DNA from: an uncultured Gammaproteobacteria bacterium | GTDB taxonomy: Bacteria > Pseudomonadota > Gammaproteobacteria > JABCZS01 | DNA length: 64,000 bases | Reading direction: 5' to 3' | Assembly: GCA_963848305.1 (NCBI GenBank) | Contig: CAWKDC010000001.1 | Location: 416,001 to 480,000 of the forward strand | Program-made: the position numbers and the translations under genes | In this document: one piece after another, positions 1-11,523 of the stretch | Layout of the letters: every line of letters begins with the position of its first letter | How positions within the stretch are numbered: the first letter of the stretch is position 1 | The notes under the pieces: model-generated | What the model saw: the letters and a program-made list of their open reading frames with translations, nothing else | Told to the model about the DNA's origin: nothing | Databases searched by the model: none

Positions 1-347
1 CCGGATTGTTGATATTGATACTGCTCAACCCAATCCGATGCATGGGCGATGGCCTCTTTCAAGGGAGGATAATCGTCGAGATTCGCATGCCCAGTGAGTT
101 GCATGTAAACTTGGCGCAGGCCTGTTTGAAAAGCGGTGTCACGTGCTTCATCGGTGCGTGCCGTGACCTGTACCCGAACGGTGTATTGATCCGGCAAGGG
201 GGCTGTTGTAGGGTCGGGCATGCCCATCTGCGCAGCGGCATCGAGCTGGTCACTAGACTGGCTATGGGGCGTCTCAAACATAGGGTCTGCGCAGGCAACA
301 AAGCAGGCGACAAAACTGATGAGAAATAGACGAATAAATTTAGACAT
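1..347 (-). CDS. Exported protein, probable DUF2066 family (3' end runs off the window)
   Basis: Not in the ORF track. Read manually from ATG 347: MSKFIRLFLISFVACFVACADP...YTVRVQV..RTDEARDTAFQTGLRQVYMQLTG...DWVEQYQY. Signal peptide; divergent from purM, the usual DUF2066 position. Confidence 0.65.
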   Translation of the reverse strand, partial: MSKFIRLFLISFVACFVACADPMFETPHSQSSDQLDAAAQMGMPDPTTAPLPDQYTVRVQVTARTDEARDTAFQTGLRQVYMQLTGHANLDDYPPLKEAIAHASDWVEQYQYQQS

Positions 348-430
348 GGAGCCCTCCTCCACTGATTCTAATGTGTCTTTCACAGATAAACAAGGTATAA
401 TTCCGGTTCAACTTTGCAAAAGGGAACCGT

Positions 431-1435
431 ATGACCAAACCGACCACTTATGCCGACGCAGGCGTTAACATTGATGCCGGCAATGCCCTCGTTCAAAACA
501 TCAAACCTATTGCGCGCGCGACCCAAGGCCCAGGCGTCCTGGGCGGGATTGGCGGTTTTGCGGCCCTGTTCGAGATGCCAGCAGGCTATGAAGCGCCCGT
601 CCTGGTCTCATGCACTGATGGTGTCGGCACGAAGCTGGCCCTAGCGATTGGACTCAAAAAATTGGACACGATTGGCATAGATTTGGTTGCTATGTGTGTC
701 AACGATCTGATCGTTTGTGGCGCTAAGCCATTGTTTTTTCTGGATTACTATGCAACAGGCAAGCTCAATGTCTTGCAAGCCACGCAAGTCATCAAAGGTA
801 TTGCGGATGGGTTGAAGCAAGCAGATTGCGCATTGGTCGGCGGTGAAACTGCTGAAATGCCCGGCATGTATCAGCATGAAGATTTTGACCTGGCGGGGTT
901 TTGTGTCGGTGTGGTTGAGAAGGCAGCCATCCTGGATGGGCAATCCATCCATGAAGGAGATGTTCTGGTGGCCTTGGGGTCATCGGTGCCGCACAGCAAT
1001 GGCTATTCCTTGATACGCCATATTTTAAATCAACAAAAATCATTCTTGTCCACGTCACTCGATAACGGGCAAACCTTGCAGGAAGCATTGTTAGCGCCCA
1101 CCCGTATTTACGTCAAGACCTTGTTGCCTTTGATTGAGGCAGGTCAAATCCATGGCCTCGCCCACATCACGGGGGGCGGTTTGGTTGAAAATGTTCCCAG
1201 GATCATGCCAGAAGGTTTGACCGCACAACTGTCCTATTCACAAGATGAATGGCCGCTGATTTTCAAATGGCTCCAAGTTCAAGGGCAAGTGGATGAAGCA
1301 GAAATGTTGCGTACGTTTAATTGTGGCATTGGGATGATTGTGGTCGTCTCGCCCAAAAACGCCGATGCGGTGGTGGCGCATTGCATCAAGGCCGGGGAGA
1401 AGGCGTGGGTAGTCGGGAAAGTTGCTCATGTATAA
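431..1435 (+). CDS. purM: Phosphoribosylformylglycinamidine cyclo-ligase (AIR synthetase)
   Basis: [50 protein letters not shown] motifs. Confidence 0.97.
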   Translation: MTKPTTYADAGVNIDAGNALVQNIKPIARATQGPGVLGGIGGFAALFEMPAGYEAPVLVSCTDGVGTKLALAIGLKKLDTIGIDLVAMCVNDLIVCGAKPLFFLDYYATGKLNVLQATQVIKGIADGLKQADCALVGGETAEMPGMYQHEDFDLAGFCVGVVEKAAILDGQSIHEGDVLVALGSSVPHSNGYSLIRHILNQQKSFLSTSLDNGQTLQEALLAPTRIYVKTLLPLIEAGQIHGLAHITGGGLVENVPRIMPEGLTAQLSYSQDEWPLIFKWLQVQGQVDEAEMLRTFNCGIGMIVVVSPKNADAVVAHCIKAGEKAWVVGKVAHV

Positions 1436-2060
1436 CATTATTGCATTAGCGTCCGGTAACGGAAGCAATGTTCAAGCCATCATCGATGCGATCGAGCAAG
1501 AAAAATGCCCGGTGCATTTGTCTGCCGTGATCACAGATAATCCTGATGCTTACGTGTTAAAACGCGCAGAAGCCGCTGGGATTCCCACGTTTGTGTTGCA
1601 ACCTTATCCAAAAGAATCCAGCAGCACGTTCAATGAACGCCTCGCACATTTATTGCGCGCCTTACAATGTGATTTGATTGTACTGGCAGGTTATATGCGC
1701 ATTTTAAGCCCTGCGTTGGTGCGTGAGTTCGAGGGCCGTTTGATCAACATCCATCCTTCTTTGTTACCCAAATACAAGGGACTGGACACCCACACCCGCG
1801 TGCTTGCGGCAAAAGACTCGGTGCATGGCGCGACCGTCCATTTTGTGTCTGAGGGCGTTGATGCCGGCGCAATCATTGCCCAAACAGAAGTAGCCGTTAA
1901 ACCTTACGACACAGCTGAAACATTGCGCAAACGCGTGCTGTCCCGCGAACATAAATTATATCCCCAGGTCATCACCTGGTTCGCCAATGGCAAAGTGCAG
2001 TTAAAAGATGGGAAAGTCAGTGTGGGTGGCGTGCCAGGTGGGGTTAAAATATCATTTTAG
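1428..2060 (+). CDS. purN: Phosphoribosylglycinamide formyltransferase
   Basis: [34 protein letters not shown]; overlaps purM stop. Confidence 0.96.
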   Translation: MYNIIALASGNGSNVQAIIDAIEQEKCPVHLSAVITDNPDAYVLKRAEAAGIPTFVLQPYPKESSSTFNERLAHLLRALQCDLIVLAGYMRILSPALVREFEGRLINIHPSLLPKYKGLDTHTRVLAAKDSVHGATVHFVSEGVDAGAIIAQTEVAVKPYDTAETLRKRVLSREHKLYPQVITWFANGKVQLKDGKVSVGGVPGGVKISF

Positions 2061-2345
2061 TGCGCAGCCACTCCAAATGACATACGGCTCAAACACATGC
2101 TCTGCTTCAATCACATGATCCACCAATTCATCTGGATGCAAGAAAATGATATGCCCGCCCTCTTCCTGGCTCGTTAGATAAAATTCTGCATCTTCCATCA
2201 CCTCGAAACGATCGGCAGGGAGAATCTTTCCCTTGACCTGGTGGGCTTTCCACGCGTTTTTTGCGTCCTCAGGAGTTTCGGCAAAGACATACCCACACAA
2301 GGTGTCTTGAAAGAAAACTTTATAAACCTGCCAGTGATAGATCAT
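2052..2345 (-). CDS. Hypothetical protein
   Basis: 97 aa ORF with protein-like composition, no motif recognised. Confidence 0.55.
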   Translation of the reverse strand: MIYHWQVYKVFFQDTLCGYVFAETPEDAKNAWKAHQVKGKILPADRFEVMEDAEFYLTSQEEGGHIIFLHPDELVDHVIEAEHVFEPYVIWSGCALK

Positions 2346-2370
2346 TTTTATTATCCTGTATTATTTTATG

Positions 2371-2679
2371 TTACCAAGTCAGCAATTCCCATTGTGTGTC
2401 AGTGTTGGTTTCTTCAGCATTGTCCAATGGGTCTGGGGCTTCATTCTCATGTGGAACGATGGCGTAAGGCTCCCCGATATTAGGGTTAACCAGCTCTCCC
2501 CGCTTGCCATCTAATGTGATATAGGGGGTCAGTAAGGGGGGCTTTTCTTGCCCAGGAATATCGAGTTTGACCGGAGGCGCATCATTATCATGGGCCTCAG
2601 CAAGGGGCACCTCAGTAGATGAGGCTGCCTGCACAGTGACCCCAAACACAAGACTGATGAGCAATATGGCGTATTTCAT
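2371..2679 (-). CDS. Small exported hypothetical protein
   Basis: Signal peptide MKYAILLISLVFGVTVQA; acidic, Pro-rich mature part. Confidence 0.65.
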   Translation of the reverse strand: MKYAILLISLVFGVTVQAASSTEVPLAEAHDNDAPPVKLDIPGQEKPPLLTPYITLDGKRGELVNPNIGEPYAIVPHENEAPDPLDNAEETNTDTQWELLTW

Positions 2680-2768
2680 TGTTATAACCCCTGTTTATAT
2701 TAATTTTACTGACATAGGGTAAGGATAGCACAGAAGGTGGGAATGTGAATTGAAAATTGCGCAGTGTT

Positions 2769-2794
2769 GCAGGGGTCCAGCAAGCTGAACCCTA
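2769..2794 (+). repeat. GTAG-type REP-like palindrome (GCAG variant) overlapping the dcd stop
   Basis: gcaggggtccagcaagctgaacccta; closely resembles the copy at 31470-31495. Confidence 0.6.
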
Positions 2795-3355
2795 TGCCTG
2801 GGGCAACGTCACACCCATCTGCCCCTGGTACTTCCCTGCCCGGTCTAGATAGGAGACATTGCAAACCTCTGAGGCTTCGAGGAATATCAACTGGGCAACG
2901 CCTTCGTTGGCATAAATTTTTGCCGGCAACGAGGTCGTATTTGAGAACTCAAGGGTGACATGACCTTCCCATTCAGGTTCTAACGGCGTGACGTTCACAA
3001 TGATACCGCAGCGGGCATAGGTCGATTTTCCCAAACAAATGGCCAGCACATTGCGGGGAATGCGGAATGTTTCCACGGTCCGCGCCAATGCAAAAGAGTT
3101 GGGGGGAATGATACAGACATCGGATTTCACATCCACGAAGCTGTTTTCATCGAAATTTTTTGGATCGACAATCGCTGAATTGATGTTCGTGAACACTTTA
3201 AACTCATCCGCACAGCGAATATCATAGCCATAACTGGATACGCCGTATGAAATCACTTTTTCACCATTCACGCGACGCACTTGCTCTTTCTCAAAGGGCT
3301 CAATCATGCCCAAGCGAGCCATACGAATGATCCATTCATCACATTTAATCGACAT
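2792..3355 (-). CDS. dcd: dCTP deaminase
   Basis: True start MSIKCDEWI at 3355 with RBS; [28 protein letters not shown]. Confidence 0.96.
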   Translation of the reverse strand: MSIKCDEWIIRMARLGMIEPFEKEQVRRVNGEKVISYGVSSYGYDIRCADEFKVFTNINSAIVDPKNFDENSFVDVKSDVCIIPPNSFALARTVETFRIPRNVLAICLGKSTYARCGIIVNVTPLEPEWEGHVTLEFSNTTSLPAKIYANEGVAQLIFLEASEVCNVSYLDRAGKYQGQMGVTLPQA

Positions 3356-3368
3356 AATATATTTCTCC

Positions 3369-4230
3369 TTACTGATCAATTTTTCCAGTGACCACAATTT
3401 TTCCAAACTTCGATGCAAAATTCTCTTTTTTCGAGGCCAAACGCGCTGCCACCGCATTGGCCATCTCGATAAATGCTGGGGAAACAAAAGGCTTCCCTGC
3501 ATCCATATGTTCACGCACTTGAATATCCAAGGGGAGAGACGCCAATAGGGGGAGATCATACTGACGCGACATGCGTGCGGCGCCGCCTTCCCCAAAAATT
3601 GCCTCTGTGTGACCGCAATGACTGCATTGGTGCGTCGCCATGTTTTCCACAATCCCCAGCACCTCAATGCCGGTTTTACGAAACATGGCATAAGCCTTTC
3701 GAGCGTCTAACAATGCAATGTCTTGCGGCGTAGTGACAATCACCGCACCGGCAACGGGAATTTTTTGAGCCATGGTTAATTGAATATCGCCTGTGCCCGG
3801 CGGCAGGTCAATCAATAAATAATCCAAGTTATCCCACACGGTGTCTTGCAACATTTGCATCAAGGCGCCGCTAACCATAACGACCGCGCCAAATCATGGC
3901 CGTGTCTTGTGTGTTTAAAAGATAAGCGATAGACATGGTTTGGATGCCATGGCAATCAATAGGCTTCATTTTTTTGTCGTCCAGAGCCTCTGGGTGAACC
4001 TCCCCGGCACCCAGCATCATGGCCTGGCTTGGGCCGTAGATATCTGCGTCCAGCACGCCTACGCGGGCACCGGCTTGATGCAGGGCATGGGCCAGGTTGG
4101 CGGTCACGGTAGACTTCCCTACCCCACCTTTCCCTGAGCCAATGGCAATGATATTCTTAATTCCGGGAATGGGTGACAGGCCGTTTTGGACGGTACGAGA
4201 CTTAATTATGGGTGGTACAGGCTCTGGCAC
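3369..4230 (-). CDS. apbC: Mrp/ApbC Fe-S cluster carrier ATPase, split by a one-base frameshift near 3880
   Basis: GKGGVGKS and DADIYGPS in 3871-4230; [20 protein letters not shown] in 3369-3878; conserved WRGPMVS is broken (ggt cgtt atg). Confidence 0.92.
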
Positions 4231-4299
4231 TCGCTCTCCTATTGTAGGTATGGGAGTTTAGCACTACAATAGCGCATCCATCAAGAAGGCAATCACATT

Positions 4300-6351
4300 A
4301 TGACACGCACAAAACTTATCACCAACGCCCTGCCTTATGCGAATGGGCCTTTGCACCTCGGGCACCTGCTCAGCATGATTCAGGCCGACGCCTGGGTTCG
4401 ATTTTTGCGCATGCGGGGTGAAACCTGTTATTTCTTCTGCGGGGATGATGCGCACGGCACGCCCATCATGCTCAAAGCCCGTGAACAGGGAAAAACCAAT
4501 GAGGAATTGGTTGGGGAGATCTATGCGTCACACGTGAAAGACATTCATGGATTTGGCATTCAATTTGATCAGTATCACACCACGCATAGCCCCGAAAACG
4601 AGGAACTGTCCAGTGCGATATTTCTCCATTTAAAATCAAAAAACCATATTGATAAAAAAACAATCACTCAAGCATACGACCCGGAAGAAAAAATGTTTTT
4701 GCCCGATCGTTATGTGAAAGGGACATGCCCAAAATGCGACGCGCCTGGTCAATATGGTGACAGCTGTGAAGTATGCGGCGCAACATACAGCCCGCTTGAT
4801 CTGAAAGATCCTGTGTCAGTCATTTCAGGTGCCACACCGATTCAAAAAGACAGTGAACATTATTTTTTCAAACTCACCGCTTTTGAATCCGCTTTGAAAA
4901 CATGGATGCAGCAAGGCTCCCTTCAAAAAGAAGTGATCAACAAATTGAAAGAATGGTTTGAAGCAGGATTGCAAGATTGGGACATCACTCGTGATGCCCC
5001 GTATTTTGGTTTTAAAATCCCAGGCGAAAACGATAAATATTTCTATGTATGGATGGATGCCCCCATTGGATATTTCTCCAGCATGATGCATTACAGCAAA
5101 ACCCATCCCGAATTTGATTTTGAAAATCTGGTCAAGCCTGGCCATGCAGACCTTTATCATTTTGTCGGCAAAGACATCATATATTTTCATGCGCTTTTTT
5201 GGCCTGCGATGTTGATGGGTGCCGGTTACAATACACCAGCCGGTATTTTCACCAATGGGTTTGTGACCGTGAATGGCCAAAAAATGTCGAAGTCACGCGG
5301 AACATTTATTGAAGCCTCGTCCTACCTCAAGCGTTTCAACCCTAATTATCTGCGCTATTATTTCTGTGCAAAATCATCCGCCACATTGGACGATATCGAT
5401 TTCGAGGCCAATGATTTTACGGCGCGCGTCAACAGCGATTTGGTCGGCAAATATGTGAACATTGCATCGCGTTGTGCTCCATTCTTAAAATTACATTTCA
5501 ATAATACGTTGGGCGATAGTTATGATCATACGCTGATCAATCTTGTCACGCAGGAAAGCGAAGTGATTGCAGGATATTATCAAACACGTGAATTTGCGAA
5601 AGCCACCCGTGAGATCATGCGCTTGGCAGATGAAGTCAATGCCTACATCGCAACGACCAAGCCATGGGAAGTCGCCAAAACAGGGGATAAAACTGCATTG
5701 CACCACATTTGCACAACGGCGATCAACGCGTTCCGTTTGCTGAGCTTATACTTAACCCCGATTGTGCCTGATCTCACACAAAAGGCAGCAGCATTTTTAA
5801 ATACTGATTTTCACACGTGGCATACGCATCCCATGCTGAGCCACACCATCCATGATTATGCACCGATGATCGGCCGCATTGATTTAACAGAGGTAATGGC
5901 TATGACGAAAGATAATCCTACGGTGACAACCCCTACGCCTGATGCGCACGGGCGAAAGCATGCGCCCCTACAAGGGGGTGAAGACCCACAAACCCCCGCA
6001 TCACCCACACCTGCAACGCCTGAAATTCAAATTGATGATTTCATGAAGATTGATTTGCGTATTGCTAAAATCATTGAAGCAGAGAGTGTCCCAGAAGCAG
6101 ACAAGCTGGTTCGTTTGGTGCTGGATTTGGGATCAATGGGTACACGACAAGTGTTTGCCGGGATCAAATCTGCATATTCACCCGAACAATTGCTTGGAAA
6201 GTTCACCGTCGTTGTGTCGAATTTGAAGCCTCGAAAAATGCGTTTCGGGATGTCTGAAGGCATGGTATTGGCCGCCTCTGGTGATGAAGGCTCAGGTATT
6301 TATTTGCTTCAGCCTCATGAAGGCGCGCAGCCTGGGATGCGGGTGAAATAA
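4300..6351 (+). CDS. metG: Methionyl-tRNA synthetase with C-terminal OB-fold
   Basis: LPYANG-HLGH, zinc knuckle CPKC/CEVC, KMSKS, C-terminal tRNA-binding domain. Confidence 0.98.
   Translation: MTRTKLITNALPYANGPLHLGHLLSMIQADAWVRFLRMRGETCYFFCGDDAHGTPIMLKAREQGKTNEELVGEIYASHVKDIHGFGIQFDQYHTTHSPENEELSSAIFLHLKSKNHIDKKTITQAYDPEEKMFLPDRYVKGTCPKCDAPGQYGDSCEVCGATYSPLDLKDPVSVISGATPIQKDSEHYFFKLTAFESALKTWMQQGSLQKEVINKLKEWFEAGLQDWDITRDAPYFGFKIPGENDKYFYVWMDAPIGYFSSMMHYSKTHPEFDFENLVKPGHADLYHFVGKDIIYFHALFWPAMLMGAGYNTPAGIFTNGFVTVNGQKMSKSRGTFIEASSYLKRFNPNYLRYYFCAKSSATLDDIDFEANDFTARVNSDLVGKYVNIASRCAPFLKLHFNNTLGDSYDHTLINLVTQESEVIAGYYQTREFAKATREIMRLADEVNAYIATTKPWEVAKTGDKTALHHICTTAINAFRLLSLYLTPIVPDLTQKAAAFLNTDFHTWHTHPMLSHTIHDYAPMIGRIDLTEVMAMTKDNPTVTTPTPDAHGRKHAPLQGGEDPQTPASPTPATPEIQIDDFMKIDLRIAKIIEAESVPEADKLVRLVLDLGSMGTRQVFAGIKSAYSPEQLLGKFTVVVSNLKPRKMRFGMSEGMVLAASGDEGSGIYLLQPHEGAQPGMRVK
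5950..5973 (-). repeat. GTAG-type REP-like element inside the metG linker
   Basis: Reverse complement reads ttgtaggggcgcatgctttcgccc, the same GTAGGGGCG head as the intergenic copies. Confidence 0.6.
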
Positions 6352-6740
6352 TGCGCTCGCACGTCGCCTCCATTCGGGAAGACAGTTGCATTGGTTGCAC
6401 CAAATGCATCGCTGTTTGCCCAACAGATGCGATTGTTGGAGCGTCAGGACTTGCGCATACCGTTATCACAGATTTGTGCATAGCATGTGATTTATGTTTG
6501 CCGCCCTGCCCTGTGAATTGTATTGACCTTGTGCCTGTAGAGCGTGATTCAACGGATCAGAAGGCGCGCACTTTGGCAGCCAAGTCAAGGATCCAGGCAC
6601 GGATTAAACGATTGGCAGTGATGGCGGAACATGAAGCGGCAACCGCATCGACATTGCGTGCAAAAACACCGGAAGAGCGGAAAGCAGAGATAGCCAAAGC
6701 GATCGAAAGGAGTCAACATGGTATCATCCCAAGAAGCTAA
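6351..6740 (+). CDS. rnfB: RnfB-like 2x[4Fe-4S] ferredoxin protein (short form)
   Basis: [16 protein letters not shown] and [16 protein letters not shown]; directly after metG. Confidence 0.8.
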   Translation: MRSHVASIREDSCIGCTKCIAVCPTDAIVGASGLAHTVITDLCIACDLCLPPCPVNCIDLVPVERDSTDQKARTLAAKSRIQARIKRLAVMAEHEAATASTLRAKTPEERKAEIAKAIERSQHGIIPRS

Positions 6741-6993
6741 AGAGAACACTTTCATTAACTCAATAGCATTAGGGCTAAGCGTAGGTTTTGTCGTCACGGC
6801 GATTTTGTGCGGCATGTATGGTGAGTGGGAATATCGTCCAATTGATGATGTCAATTTTGGCGTTCTCAGGCAAACCCATCATGAATACTGGATGTATGCT
6901 CCCCTGGGTGCCGGGATTGTTTTAGGGTTATTGTGTGGGTTGTGCCAAAATTTAAATGCACCCCCGTCCGTAAAACGGCGTCTTTTTTCTTGA
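6718..6993 (+). CDS. Small two-TM hypothetical membrane protein
   Basis: Two hydrophobic segments; GGAG RBS. Confidence 0.55.
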   Translation: MVSSQEAKENTFINSIALGLSVGFVVTAILCGMYGEWEYRPIDDVNFGVLRQTHHEYWMYAPLGAGIVLGLLCGLCQNLNAPPSVKRRLFS

Positions 6994-7054
6994 TATCGTC
7001 ATCTCGGAAAACCGCGTAAGCGTCCAGGGCGCCACGCGGGTTTCTGACAAATCA

Positions 7055-8416
7055 TTATTCATTAAAATTATCAAACTTCTTCACCACCGGCGCCAAATTC
7101 ATCGTCAATTGCGTATTGATGATATCGCCATAGAGATGTCCCGTTCCTGTATTTCTAATATAGGCGACTGGATCATAGTGATTGATATCCACTTCCTGGA
7201 AGAACGAATGTGCATAACCCACTTCTAGGCGCACGACTTTATTAAACTGATACGCGCCACTCACGCCCAAGACCCACACATCTGAATCAGGGAAGTCTAC
7301 GTTGACGTATTGATCATTCACAGGACTGAAATCAAACTTGACACCCGCACTGGTGCGGAATTGCTTCGTCCATTGGTAAAAAACAGCCCCGCCGAATCCA
7401 AAAGTATTGCTGTAACCCTGCTGTGCGTCAAAATCACCCGCATTGACGACATTTTGAAAACTGATCTTATCGAAGTAATCCCATTCTGTATATTCCATAC
7501 TGGCCGCGATATCCAAGCGAGGCATAATTTGGTGGTAAACCGCTAAACTGTAAATGGGGGGTAGATCAAATTCAATCTCAAAATCATTGTCATTCAAGGG
7601 ACCAAAATTAGGAATACCTGATCGGTTCACTGCAGAGTAACTGTCCCCATCGCCTTTCATGTTGACAGGGGGACGATAGTTAAACCCAACACGACTATGG
7701 TTGTTGTTGAATTGATACAACATGCCAGCATGCCAGCTGACACTCCAACCCGATGCGGTGAGGTGTGAGAAAATGCTGGGAAGTGTGATCGGTTCGGGAG
7801 GAAATGGTTCTGGCAATTCAATCGCAAATGGATAGAGGTTTTCTGCAGAAAAATCGAGTCGAATCGCATCAATGCCTACCCCAATCGAAAACTGATCAGT
7901 GATTCTAATACCGAATGAATTCGCGATATCCCAAGTAATGAGCATGCCGTGGGTGACCGTTGAACCCACAATCGAATCATCCCCATAATTCACACTTTGA
8001 CCAAACGGATTGGTTAAGCTGAAGCCGTAAATCAACCAATCATTGATCGGGTACGAAAAATGAATCGCCAACAATGGCACATTGAGTTTTGCATGCGCAT
8101 CGCCAAAAAAAGTTGAATCGATGACAAGATAATCGCCATTAGGTAACTCTTCTTCAGGTGGATGCACCCGCACCATGCCTTCAAATTCAGTCGATGTGAA
8201 TGCAGGATTAACCGCGACAACCAACTCAGGATCTTTGACACGAACCAAACCTGCGGGATTTGTGAAACCTGTAGAGGCATCTTCTGCCAAGGCGGGGCCA
8301 CTTGCCGCACCAGGGACACCCAAACCATTGTCGATCGGCACGCGCAAACCTGAAGCTTGTGACAATAATGGAAGCAATGTTAAAAGCATAAACGCTGGGC
8401 GGACAATCCTTTGCAT
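7055..8416 (-). CDS. FadL/OmpP1/TodX family outer-membrane transporter
   Basis: Signal peptide, EDAST..TNPAGL hatch motif, beta-barrel pattern. Confidence 0.88.
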   Translation of the reverse strand: MQRIVRPAFMLLTLLPLLSQASGLRVPIDNGLGVPGAASGPALAEDASTGFTNPAGLVRVKDPELVVAVNPAFTSTEFEGMVRVHPPEEELPNGDYLVIDSTFFGDAHAKLNVPLLAIHFSYPINDWLIYGFSLTNPFGQSVNYGDDSIVGSTVTHGMLITWDIANSFGIRITDQFSIGVGIDAIRLDFSAENLYPFAIELPEPFPPEPITLPSIFSHLTASGWSVSWHAGMLYQFNNNHSRVGFNYRPPVNMKGDGDSYSAVNRSGIPNFGPLNDNDFEIEFDLPPIYSLAVYHQIMPRLDIAASMEYTEWDYFDKISFQNVVNAGDFDAQQGYSNTFGFGGAVFYQWTKQFRTSAGVKFDFSPVNDQYVNVDFPDSDVWVLGVSGAYQFNKVVRLEVGYAHSFFQEVDINHYDPVAYIRNTGTGHLYGDIINTQLTMNLAPVVKKFDNFNE

Positions 8417-8532
8417 GAGAAATCCCTTTTAGAATGTTGCAGTGAGAGTAAGTTACACGAAAATTGATCGTATGTAAAGTATAAGGGCGCAGCCTTCGCC
8501 GAAACAAACACCGAGCAGATTCGGGATGACGA

Positions 8533-8557
8533 GGCGAGCGAGGGAACGCCCCTACAA
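8533..8557 (-). repeat. GTAG-type REP-like element
   Basis: ggcg...cgcccctacaa. Confidence 0.5.
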
Positions 8558-8558
8558 G

Positions 8559-9260
8559 TTACATTATCTCATACGTCACGACAACTGCGCCCGACACCGT
8601 GATCTCTCCTGGAATCACTGGCGTGTTCGCATCCATCGGTGATGCCGCCATCATCATGCGTTCAGATTTGTACAAAGGCCCTGGACCGTTATTCATCGTG
8701 CTGATCGTCATGATTTTGCCGAGCGTCACGCCTGCCATCGTGGCCATTTGCGCGGCGTCGGCTTTCGCTTTCTGAATCGCCATCAATGTTGCTTGTGTGG
8801 TGACAGAGTCCATATCACTGCGGGAAAATTGCAAGGATTGAATTTGGTTGCTGCCTGCATTGGATGCGATGTCCACCAATGAGCCCACATTTTTGAGATC
8901 AGTGGTTTGCACACGCACTTGGTTGGTTGCTTCATAACCGGTCAATGAAGACTTGCGCGTTTTGTCGTCATATTGATAAGAAGGAGTGACTTGATAATTG
9001 CCTGTTTGCAATTTACCCGTCGTGCCCAACGCTTTTTGCAAGGCATCTACCACTGTTTGCATGCGCGTGGCATTCTGAGTGACTGCTTCTTTTGCTGTCA
9101 TCGCTTGCGTGGTCACGGCAATGTTAATATACGCAATATTGGGAGGAACTTTCATGTCAGCAGAAGCAGTAAGCTCTAACGTTCTCGCGGATGGAGTATT
9201 ATTCGCAGCGAAACCAGAGACAGTGAAAACAGTCAGGAGAATTAACAGGATTGAACGCAT
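8559..9260 (-). CDS. SIMPL/DUF541 periplasmic protein
   Basis: Signal peptide; PNIAYINIAV, GYEATNQVRV, AIQKAKADA, PGEITVS. Confidence 0.88.
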   Translation of the reverse strand: MRSILLILLTVFTVSGFAANNTPSARTLELTASADMKVPPNIAYINIAVTTQAMTAKEAVTQNATRMQTVVDALQKALGTTGKLQTGNYQVTPSYQYDDKTRKSSLTGYEATNQVRVQTTDLKNVGSLVDIASNAGSNQIQSLQFSRSDMDSVTTQATLMAIQKAKADAAQMATMAGVTLGKIMTISTMNNGPGPLYKSERMMMAASPMDANTPVIPGEITVSGAVVVTYEIM

Positions 9261-9324
9261 AAGTCACCTCGTGTGAATGGGTGACAACAATGTGGCACAG
9301 GGTTGAGGTGCTGTCAAGCCTTCA

Positions 9325-10995
9325 TCAGATGCTTGGACTTTTTGGTCTATGTTTTTCCTTTTCACTGTCTTTCACTTCAACCGCATTCATCGCAGAAGCA
9401 AATGATACAACGGCGCCAGCAATACCCGCCAGAACGAGCAAGCAGATGTGGAAATCATGATCTTGTGTCGTCCCATGCAGTGCATGACTGTATAAAGCAA
9501 TCATGACTTCCATCCCAGAAACAGAGACAGCACCACTGGTGGCGCCATTCACCAGAATAGCGCCCAGCATTTGACCCGTACGCAATTCAGCGGTCGGGGA
9601 GAGATAATCGGGACGCAGCTTATCCGGTTGAACCTCGCCATCTTGCTGTTGACGTTCTTCATCACTCTTCAGGAACCGGGATCCCCCTTTGAAAAGCCCC
9701 CAGGCAGCCAGCGTCGCAACAACTGTCAAGCCGAGGGGTGTGGCCAATGCTTGAGGAACGAGCGGGCCGGCGAGTTCAAACAGTTGCTGATCGGGTGTTG
9801 CGATATACCCCATCAAGCCAAAGCATAGTGCGAACCCTACTGTTAATAGGGTACCCACAACATAATTTGCCCTATGCTGTTGAAAATCGTTCCAAAGAGT
9901 TGTTCGAAGCTCTGGCGCGCCCAACCTAACGACCCAATATAAGTTATCCATTGCTTTGATATTGAAAATCACTCGACCGAGTGCAATGACCACGGAAAAC
10001 AGCCCTATCATTGCAATGATTTCACCACCAACAGCCACGTCGCCATTGGAGTTGAATGGATTCATCCCAAAAAACGTGAAAGTACTCTTTGCTTGAGCCG
10101 TCATGGTATTGATCAGTCCAAACATGCTGATCAAACACAAACCCAGCAATACCGCACTGCCCGTATATTTAATATTGTTGAAAATCTTAGCAATGCCATC
10201 TTTTTTCTGCAGCAATTCAATCGCTGATGAAATATACAAGGCAAAGTGCGTGAAAATGTACACCACACATAAAATGGTCATGAGGTTTGCAAAGCTGCCA
10301 CCCATGAAGGTATTCACAAAAAACTCGGACAAGTGCATTTTTTCAAAAATCTCGCCCTTTTCGAGCACAATCATCCCCAATGATAAAGATAAAAGTGCAG
10401 TGAAGAAGGTAAGCACGTACAATATTCTTCTTTGAGTTTTAGTGAATGTAGGGGAAGCACTCTCTGTATCTTCAATCAGTTGGCCATCATCTATGATCAA
10501 TTTTCGGGATTTCAGGTAATGCCATCCCAAGCCTTTATCTTTTGTGTAACTGAAGTAGAAAAAATTTGCCAACACAGGAGGTACTTTCTTACGAAAAATC
10601 ATCCACTGCGCCCACGCAGCAAGTACATAAAAGAAGGTTTGAACAAAATAGGTATATGCCCCTGCTCCGTCAATGAAGCCCATGAGCGTGCTGGTGCTGA
10701 CCGCTGATGCGGACAAAATAAGCATCACGACGGAGGCAATGCTCAGGTTAAAAATAAAGGTTTTATAGTGCGTGTTTTCAGTCGCATTATTTGCGTTTTC
10801 GCCACGCAGGGCTTTGACGATTTCTTGGTACGTTTTACCTTTCTTCTTTTCTGAGAGTACAAGGTCTTCATAGGCCAAGAAATAGAAGTATGTGAGCAAG
10901 GAATTGTTGTCATTGTGTTTATTATCGTAAATAAAGCGCTCTAACGCCGTTAATGGCATTATGCTTTGTTTTATCGATAGAATCCTTATTAACAT
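9325..10995 (-). CDS. Multi-pass membrane orphan protein, candidate effector
   Basis: 556 aa, many TM segments, no family motif recognised, charged C-terminal tail. Confidence 0.6.
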   Translation of the reverse strand: MLIRILSIKQSIMPLTALERFIYDNKHNDNNSLLTYFYFLAYEDLVLSEKKKGKTYQEIVKALRGENANNATENTHYKTFIFNLSIASVVMLILSASAVSTSTLMGFIDGAGAYTYFVQTFFYVLAAWAQWMIFRKKVPPVLANFFYFSYTKDKGLGWHYLKSRKLIIDDGQLIEDTESASPTFTKTQRRILYVLTFFTALLSLSLGMIVLEKGEIFEKMHLSEFFVNTFMGGSFANLMTILCVVYIFTHFALYISSAIELLQKKDGIAKIFNNIKYTGSAVLLGLCLISMFGLINTMTAQAKSTFTFFGMNPFNSNGDVAVGGEIIAMIGLFSVVIALGRVIFNIKAMDNLYWVVRLGAPELRTTLWNDFQQHRANYVVGTLLTVGFALCFGLMGYIATPDQQLFELAGPLVPQALATPLGLTVVATLAAWGLFKGGSRFLKSDEERQQQDGEVQPDKLRPDYLSPTAELRTGQMLGAILVNGATSGAVSVSGMEVMIALYSHALHGTTQDHDFHICLLVLAGIAGAVVSFASAMNAVEVKDSEKEKHRPKSPSI

Positions 10996-11145
10996 CTCTT
11001 TAGCCCTCCCCCAAACTTAGTTAGGAAACTAGTCTTTGGAACATATTGCCAGTGTAACAGGTTTCAGAGTGATAAAGCAAGGGGGATAGCCCATTATATA
11101 TCCTTATAAAACAGGTGGTTGCAAATTGCAGGGTTAGCGCATGTT

Positions 11146-11167
11146 AGGCTGCGGCATACTGCAGCCT
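11146..11167 (-). terminator. Hairpin at the end of the ccm operon
   Basis: aggctgcgg-cata-ctgcagcct inverted repeat at the ccmH stop; no clear U-tract. Confidence 0.4.
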
Positions 11168-11523
11168 CACAGTATGCGGGCATTCCTTAACCATATCAGA
11201 AGCCCCACCAAACAAAGAATAGCAGGCAGGGACCATAAAATCAGGGTGTTAAGCTGAAAAGGAGGATCAAGGAAAATACGGTCTCCAAACCGTTGTTTCA
11301 GCATGTCCTTGATTTCTGAGTCACTTCGACCATCTTGAATGGCCTGGGCAACAAAGGCTTTGACGTCTTTGGCAAAATCCGAGTCGGATTCAGCGATGCT
11401 TTGATGCTCACATTTTAAGCAACGCAAACCATGCGTGAAAGCATCGTAACGAGATTGATCAGAGGCATACGCTGCCACGAATGATAAACAGCACAGCATG
11501 GCCATCAACAAAATACGACGCAT
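11167..11523 (-). CDS. ccmH: Cytochrome c biogenesis protein CcmH (N-terminal domain only)
   Basis: LRCLKCEHQSIAES motif, C-terminal TM. Confidence 0.92.
   Translation of the reverse strand: MRRILLMAMLCCLSFVAAYASDQSRYDAFTHGLRCLKCEHQSIAESDSDFAKDVKAFVAQAIQDGRSDSEIKDMLKQRFGDRIFLDPPFQLNTLILWSLPAILCLVGLLIWLRNARIL

Noticed and set aside
6-468. ORF-track entries 6-329, 59-313 and 220-468
   Set aside because: Shadow frames; the real gene is the minus-strand ORF from 347 that runs off the window.
3356-3691. Apparent 112-aa N-terminal extension of dcd
   Set aside because: It is an alternative frame of the apbC 3' end; dcd has its own RBS and start at 3355.
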